Assembly: GCA_034439715.1 (NCBI GenBank)
Contig: JAWXAY010000010.1
Location: 32,001-96,000, forward strand
DNA from: Pseudomonadota bacterium
Lineage (GTDB): Bacteria > Bdellovibrionota > Bdellovibrionia > Bdellovibrionales > SG-bin7
Reading direction: 5' to 3'
Length of the DNA stretch: 64,000 bases
The notes under the pieces are model-generated. The model did not search any database, was not told the DNA's origin, and saw only the letters and a program-made list of their open reading frames with translations. The translations under genes were made by a program, and so were the position numbers. Shown here piece by piece: positions 59,399 through 64,000 of this stretch; the stretch's first letter is position 1, and each line of letters starts with the position of its first letter.

Positions 59399-60169
59399 AT
59401 GAAATTGATTACCTGGAATGTAAACGGCATCCGTGCCTGGCATAAAAAGGGAATGCTAAAGGTCATTGAAAAAGAGGCTCCCGACGTATTGTGCCTGCAA
59501 GAAACTAAAGCACATAAGGATCAAGTTGGAAATGAGTTAATTGAACCTTTTCAAATGAAGAGTTTTTGGTCTTCGGCTGTACGTAAGGGATATTCAGGTG
59601 TTGCGACGTTTACAAAATTGAATCATCCAAGCCATGCCGGAATTGGAATCGATAAATTTGATAGTGAGGGCCGCACAGTTGTAACCCAGTTTAAAGATTT
59701 TAAACTTTACAACGTATATTTTCCAAATGGCGGCTCGGGCCCAGAAAGACATCAATACAAGCAAGAATTCTTAAGGGCTATTGCGAAAAAACTAAAATCT
59801 GATATTGAGGCCGGTGTAGATGTTGTTTTGGTTGGAGACTACAATGTAGCGCCTGAAGAAATTGACGTCTATGACCCCATCAGACTAAGTACTATGAGCG
59901 GCTTTTTACCTGAGGAGCGGGAGTGGTTTAAAGAATTTCTTTCCTTAGGATTAGTTGATACCTTTCGGGAATTAAATCCAAAGACCTTAGGAGTTTACAC
60001 TTGGTGGTCTATGCAAGAGCGCGCCCGCCCGGCCAACAGAGGTTGGCGAATTGATCATATATGTGTGACCAAAGCATTATTTAAAAAAGTTAAAGAAGTT
60101 ATTATTTATCAAGATCAAGAAGGCTCAGATCACTGTCCTGTGGGAATAACAATTGAAGGAGTAGAATGA
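59399..60169 (+). CDS. xth: Exodeoxyribonuclease III (AP endonuclease)
   Basis: TWNVNGIRA, CLQETK, GYSGVA, YFPNG, GDYNVAP, YTWWS, GWRIDH, GSDHCP. Confidence 0.96.
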   Translation: MKLITWNVNGIRAWHKKGMLKVIEKEAPDVLCLQETKAHKDQVGNELIEPFQMKSFWSSAVRKGYSGVATFTKLNHPSHAGIGIDKFDSEGRTVVTQFKDFKLYNVYFPNGGSGPERHQYKQEFLRAIAKKLKSDIEAGVDVVLVGDYNVAPEEIDVYDPIRLSTMSGFLPEEREWFKEFLSLGLVDTFRELNPKTLGVYTWWSMQERARPANRGWRIDHICVTKALFKKVKEVIIYQDQEGSDHCPVGITIEGVE

Positions 60170-60621
60170 TGCGGCCAAGTTTTGAAAAAATTTATATGGA
60201 TTTAGCTTTTCAACTTGCTCGGCGCTCAACATGTTCACGACTCAAAGTTGGAACGGTCATCACCTCTAAAGATTACCGAAAGGTCTTAGCTGTAGGCTAT
60301 AACGGAAATGCCTCTGGCCTTTCAAATAAGTGTGATCGGGATGAGGCTGGTAACTGTGGATGCCTTCACTCCGAAGAAAACGCTGTGATCAACTGTGACA
60401 GTCTGCGTGCAACGCAGAAGGTGGTGTTTGTTACTCACCTACCTTGCGTGATGTGTGCCAAGCGGCTTATTAATCTCGGTGGAGTTGAAAAAATATTTTT
60501 TGCGAATCAATACCGTTCGCAGGACTCGCTCTTGGTCCTGTCGCAGGTCTCTATTGATGTAGCACATTTGTCTGATTTCGATGATCAACAATCTAGACCT
60601 CAGCCGGAGCCCAGTATTTAA
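60166..60621 (+). CDS. dCMP deaminase family protein
   Basis: RSTC.RLKVG, GYNG, HSEENA, PCVMC. Confidence 0.9.
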   Translation: MMRPSFEKIYMDLAFQLARRSTCSRLKVGTVITSKDYRKVLAVGYNGNASGLSNKCDRDEAGNCGCLHSEENAVINCDSLRATQKVVFVTHLPCVMCAKRLINLGGVEKIFFANQYRSQDSLLVLSQVSIDVAHLSDFDDQQSRPQPEPSI

Positions 60622-60687
60622 AGTCGAGCCTAATTCTATTTGTATCAATTGTCGAAACGGCATTGAGAGATTCACCTAATAGTAAAT

Positions 60688-61149
60688 ATGAAAAAGAATA
60701 TTAGCGTTGTTCTGTTTTTATTATTTTTTTCTAACTTGGCAGGGGCTTTGTGTGTCTCTGCTAGCAAGGCTGTTTTGCGCTCTGGCCCCGGTACCCAATT
60801 CCGTGAAACCTGGTCGGTGGGTAAATTTATGCCATTAAAATTCAAGTCAAAAAGGGGATCGTGGTTTGAGGTTTCAGATTTAGACGGAAAATCCCATTGG
60901 GTTTTCTCGGGGGTTGTTACCGAAGACTTCAGTTGTGTGGCGGTAAAGGTCCCTTATGTTGTGTTGAGACAGGGGCCAGGAGAAGGTTCTCTACCCGCAG
61001 CTTTTAAAATTGCCGACAAATATTTTCCGTATAAAAAGCTGCGACGAGAAGACAATTGGATTGAACTTGAAGACGATTTTGGTGATCAGTATTGGGTAAA
61101 AGACTCTTTTGTTTGGTGGCCGGTGAGTTACGCCAAGGTAAGTTTCTAA
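60688..61149 (+). CDS. Exported tandem bacterial SH3-domain protein
   Basis: Signal peptide; two repeats LRSGPG...W.EV.D.DG..HWV and LRQGPG...WIELEDDFG..YWV. Confidence 0.82.
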   Translation: MKKNISVVLFLLFFSNLAGALCVSASKAVLRSGPGTQFRETWSVGKFMPLKFKSKRGSWFEVSDLDGKSHWVFSGVVTEDFSCVAVKVPYVVLRQGPGEGSLPAAFKIADKYFPYKKLRREDNWIELEDDFGDQYWVKDSFVWWPVSYAKVSF

Positions 61150-61357
61150 AGAAACTGTACAAAAGGCGGTCACTATAAACGGAACTAATTTCTCCCATTA
61201 AGATTTATTAAGAAACTCAAATATATTGTGCATTGAAACCGAGCTCAAAAATCTAATATAATGAAATAATAGCATTAGTACCTGTAAGTTTTTTTAAGAT
61301 TTCTTCTTGATTGACCTCATTTGATGTGTCTTAATGTGGGTCTGAAAAACAGATCTA

Positions 61358-61744
61358 ATGGGAGGTTTGAACATGCCGGGGATCACTAAAGAAGTTGTCG
61401 CCAGATGCAGAGAAAAACTTATAAAAACTCGCGAAGAAATCATCAACCGTTTTCAATCTACAAGAATTGATCTCTATGCGGGAGATGACAAGGGCGGCGA
61501 CGAAGCAGATCAAACCGTGCGGACTATGGCCGAAAGCGAAACGCTCTCCATGCACGAGCGGCTTCGACAAAAGTTATACGAAATTGAATTGGCCCTAGCT
61601 CGTATCGAAGGGGGCACCTTTGGCATGTGTGAAGAAACAGAAGAGCCTATTGAAGCAGATCGCCTCTTAGCGATTCCGTGGACGAGGCTAAGCATTGAGG
61701 GCGCTGAAATTCGTGAAAGCCTCAAAAAGCGTTACGCTCGTTAG
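61358..61744 (+). CDS. dksA: DksA/TraR family RNA polymerase-binding factor
   Basis: Coiled-coil tip GDEADQ, IELALARIEGGTFGMCEETEEPI..RL.AIPW. ATG 61373 after GGAGG may be the true start. Confidence 0.85.
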   Translation: MGGLNMPGITKEVVARCREKLIKTREEIINRFQSTRIDLYAGDDKGGDEADQTVRTMAESETLSMHERLRQKLYEIELALARIEGGTFGMCEETEEPIEADRLLAIPWTRLSIEGAEIRESLKKRYAR

Positions 61745-62694
61745 TTCGTCCTTAAAGCTAAGCCACAGAGTTTAAATAAAATACGGGCGCCAACATTGGC
61801 GTCCCATTCAGAGGACCCCCGGTTCTCGCCTAAAGAAACTTCACACAAATCAAAGCCGACAATCTTTTTGTTTTTTTCTAAAAGTCTATTAAGAAAAAAA
61901 CTTATTTCATTAAAACTTAAGCCGCCGGGCACAGGAGTGCCTGTGTTGGGGCAGAGCGATGGTTCCAAACCGTCTATGTCAAAACTGATATAAATATTTT
62001 TTGGAAGCTCAGAAATAATTTCATCAACAAGAGACGCCCAAGGCTTTCCTTTGAGCTGTTCTGATTTCAAATAATCATCATAAAATGTTTTTACGGTCTC
62101 TGCATGAGACTCAATAAAGTGTTTTTCTTCTTCGCAGTAGTCGCGAATTCCGACCTGCACCAATTTGGTAAGAGAAAGTCTATTGATCACGTTATTCATG
62201 ATGGAGGCATGTGAAAACTCAAAACCCTGGTAACTCTCTCGGAGATCGGCGTGAGCATCGAAATGAAGAATGCCGAAATCACCTTTAAAGTGTTCAGCGA
62301 CGGCCTGGAGGGCGCCAAACGGTGCGGAGTGGTCGCCACCAATCACCCCACAAATTTTACCGGACTTCAATATCTCTGAGGTTTTGAGGCGCACGGCTTC
62401 ATTAACTTTGCTGCTAGCAGCATTTATTTTTGTGATACTTTTGGGATCGCGAGCAAGCGGTTTAAATTCTAAGTTTAGTTCTGCGATATTTCCAAAGTCT
62501 TCCTCCAAAAAAATTCCTTGATCGGTAAATGAACCAAAGTGGTTATCAAATAGGTCTACCTGTTGGCTGGCCTTATTAATAATTTCAGGGCCAAAAGATG
62601 TGCCTCCTCCGTATGAAGTTGTGACCTCCCAGGGGACGGGCAGCAATATGATTTTAGAATTTTCTTTTCTGGCATCTACTCCAAAAATTTTCAT
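61741..62694 (-). CDS. speB: Agmatinase / ureohydrolase family
   Basis: GGDHS, HFDAHADLR, SHAS, VGIRD, SFDIDGL, GTPVPGGL, DLCEV. Confidence 0.88.
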   Translation of the reverse strand: MKIFGVDARKENSKIILLPVPWEVTTSYGGGTSFGPEIINKASQQVDLFDNHFGSFTDQGIFLEEDFGNIAELNLEFKPLARDPKSITKINAASSKVNEAVRLKTSEILKSGKICGVIGGDHSAPFGALQAVAEHFKGDFGILHFDAHADLRESYQGFEFSHASIMNNVINRLSLTKLVQVGIRDYCEEEKHFIESHAETVKTFYDDYLKSEQLKGKPWASLVDEIISELPKNIYISFDIDGLEPSLCPNTGTPVPGGLSFNEISFFLNRLLEKNKKIVGFDLCEVSLGENRGSSEWDANVGARILFKLCGLALRTN

Positions 62695-63842
62695 TTTCTA
62701 TCCTTTTTCTGGGCCTTTTCTGGGCCTTTTTTCTGGGCCTTCTCAGGGAGCCGCCCAGTGATCTGTATGTCGTTCCCTAGTTTTTTAAGCCGCACATTAC
62801 TTAAATTAATTCTATTTTTTAAATTTGAAATCTTTAAACCCGAGGACCACGCTACTCCATCTCCCGCGCCCAAAATTGTTGGAGCTTGAAAGACAGTCAT
62901 TCTTTGTCCACAGTTTTGTTTTAAAAAACTTCCTAGAGTTTCGCCCCCGCCCTCTACTAATATCGAAAAAATACCCAGACTATAAAACTCTTTTAAAAGC
63001 GATTTTATGTCAAAGCCCATATTTTTATTATATTTTGCGGTAATAACGTTAACTTCAGATCTGTCAGTTTTTATTTTTGGCGCGACGACCACAAAGATAT
63101 CTTCACTTTTATGAGTGGCATATATTTTCGATCGATTAATCTTTTTTAATGATTTTCCTGACGGATCGAGAATAATCACTTTGTTTTTATGATTTAAAAA
63201 ATCGGGATGCCGGACGTCTAGCGAAGGATTATCGCTTTCAAAGGTCCCGCGGCCTATAAGTACGGCGGAGCAACCGGCGCGCCAATAATGTGCCTCTTCG
63301 CGTGCGATTTTACCTGTGATCCATTGGCTTTCGCCATTTTTTAAACCTATCTGTCCGTCTAGGCTGGTTCCGACTTTCAGATTTACAAAAGGCATTTTGT
63401 TTTTCAAGTTATGGGCATGGACCTCAATGAGCTCCCAGAGTTCCGAAGGATCACCATTATATTCTAGGGACCGAATCCCGGCGGCACGTAAAATTTTGCC
63501 TCCCCTTCCGGCGACTAATGGGTTGGGATCTGTCAGTCCGTATGTCACCGACGCTAATGGTAGGACAGAAAGCGTTTGTGCACATGGGGGGGTTTTGCCC
63601 GTGTGCGCGCAAGGTTCCAAAGTTACATAAAGGTGGGCTCCATCAAGGAGGTCTTTATTTTTTAGCTTTCTAATGGCATTTATTTCTGCGTGATCTGCTC
63701 CATACCTATTGTGGTAACCTTGGCTTATAAGATTGTAATGCCGATCAAGAATCACGCAACCGACCAGGGGGTTAGGCAAAACGTAGCCCCAGCCCTTTTG
63801 GGCCTCAAGAATGGCTAAATGCATGGCTTCTGTTGCGGTCAT
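62691..63842 (-). CDS. ribD: Riboflavin biosynthesis deaminase/reductase RibD
   Basis: PNPLVGCVI, HAE, YVTLEPCAH.GKTPPC, SLDG, SQWITG, LVEGG. Confidence 0.96.
   Translation of the reverse strand: MTATEAMHLAILEAQKGWGYVLPNPLVGCVILDRHYNLISQGYHNRYGADHAEINAIRKLKNKDLLDGAHLYVTLEPCAHTGKTPPCAQTLSVLPLASVTYGLTDPNPLVAGRGGKILRAAGIRSLEYNGDPSELWELIEVHAHNLKNKMPFVNLKVGTSLDGQIGLKNGESQWITGKIAREEAHYWRAGCSAVLIGRGTFESDNPSLDVRHPDFLNHKNKVIILDPSGKSLKKINRSKIYATHKSEDIFVVVAPKIKTDRSEVNVITAKYNKNMGFDIKSLLKEFYSLGIFSILVEGGGETLGSFLKQNCGQRMTVFQAPTILGAGDGVAWSSGLKISNLKNRINLSNVRLKKLGNDIQITGRLPEKAQKKGPEKAQKKDRK
62704..62747 (-). repeat. Short tandem repeat in the 3' end of ribD
   Basis: Three GGCCCAGAAAA(AA) units encoding PEKAQKKGPEKAQKKD. 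Confidence 0.75.
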
Positions 63843-64000
63843 AGGGGTAGAGATTTAGTAGCCCTTTACTGGATTATCAAGGATTTAATGGCCGCAGTTT
63901 GGGCCGGTGTTAGAGCTGCCAATTGTCAGTTGCCCGCTCTCAAACAAGGCTAAGTAAGTCTTTGCGCCTTAGATTAGGAAAAATTCAAAAACCAGTGTCA

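Noticed and set aside
63843..64000. Possible FMN riboswitch or gene fragment upstream of ribD
   Set aside because: No FMN aptamer consensus and no convincing ORF in the 158 nt available.

Overview
A gene-dense, moderately AT-rich bacterial chromosome segment, mostly housekeeping. Gene content and protein families suggest a Bdellovibrionota-like (delta-proteobacterial) organism; this is inference, as no marker gene is present. Recognisable blocks: dusB with an ABC-2 pair, motAB, tolQRAB-glnE-cyclophilin, an Rrf2-sufBCDS-nfu operon, a cNMP/ATPase signalling gene next to a CheR-CheB fusion, HMG-CoA synthase, a metal-uptake operon led by a CxxC/RAPP peptide, an HNH endonuclease, a secreted HEXXH lipoprotein, ftsEX-envC-ctpA, tig, an ArsA-pair/gshA operon, pepA, clpP-clpX-lon, phhA, hldD, a split SelO-like gene, two sigma54-type secreted proteins, an ATP-grasp gene with ahpC, xth, dCMP deaminase, dksA, agmatinase and ribD. 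I saw no rRNA, tRNA, CRISPR array, transposase or prophage. Best leads: (1) a probable metal-sensing ribosome-arrest leader ahead of a porin-SBP-permease operon that has no ATPase gene; (2) a sigma28-driven, divergent SelO-like AMPylase; (3) a cNMP-gated kinase-like protein beside a one-chain CheR-REC-CheB; (4) an ATP-grasp enzyme that may be a non-canonical glutathione synthetase; (5) several apparently leaderless sigma28 transcripts. All calls come from motifs read by eye; no searches were run.
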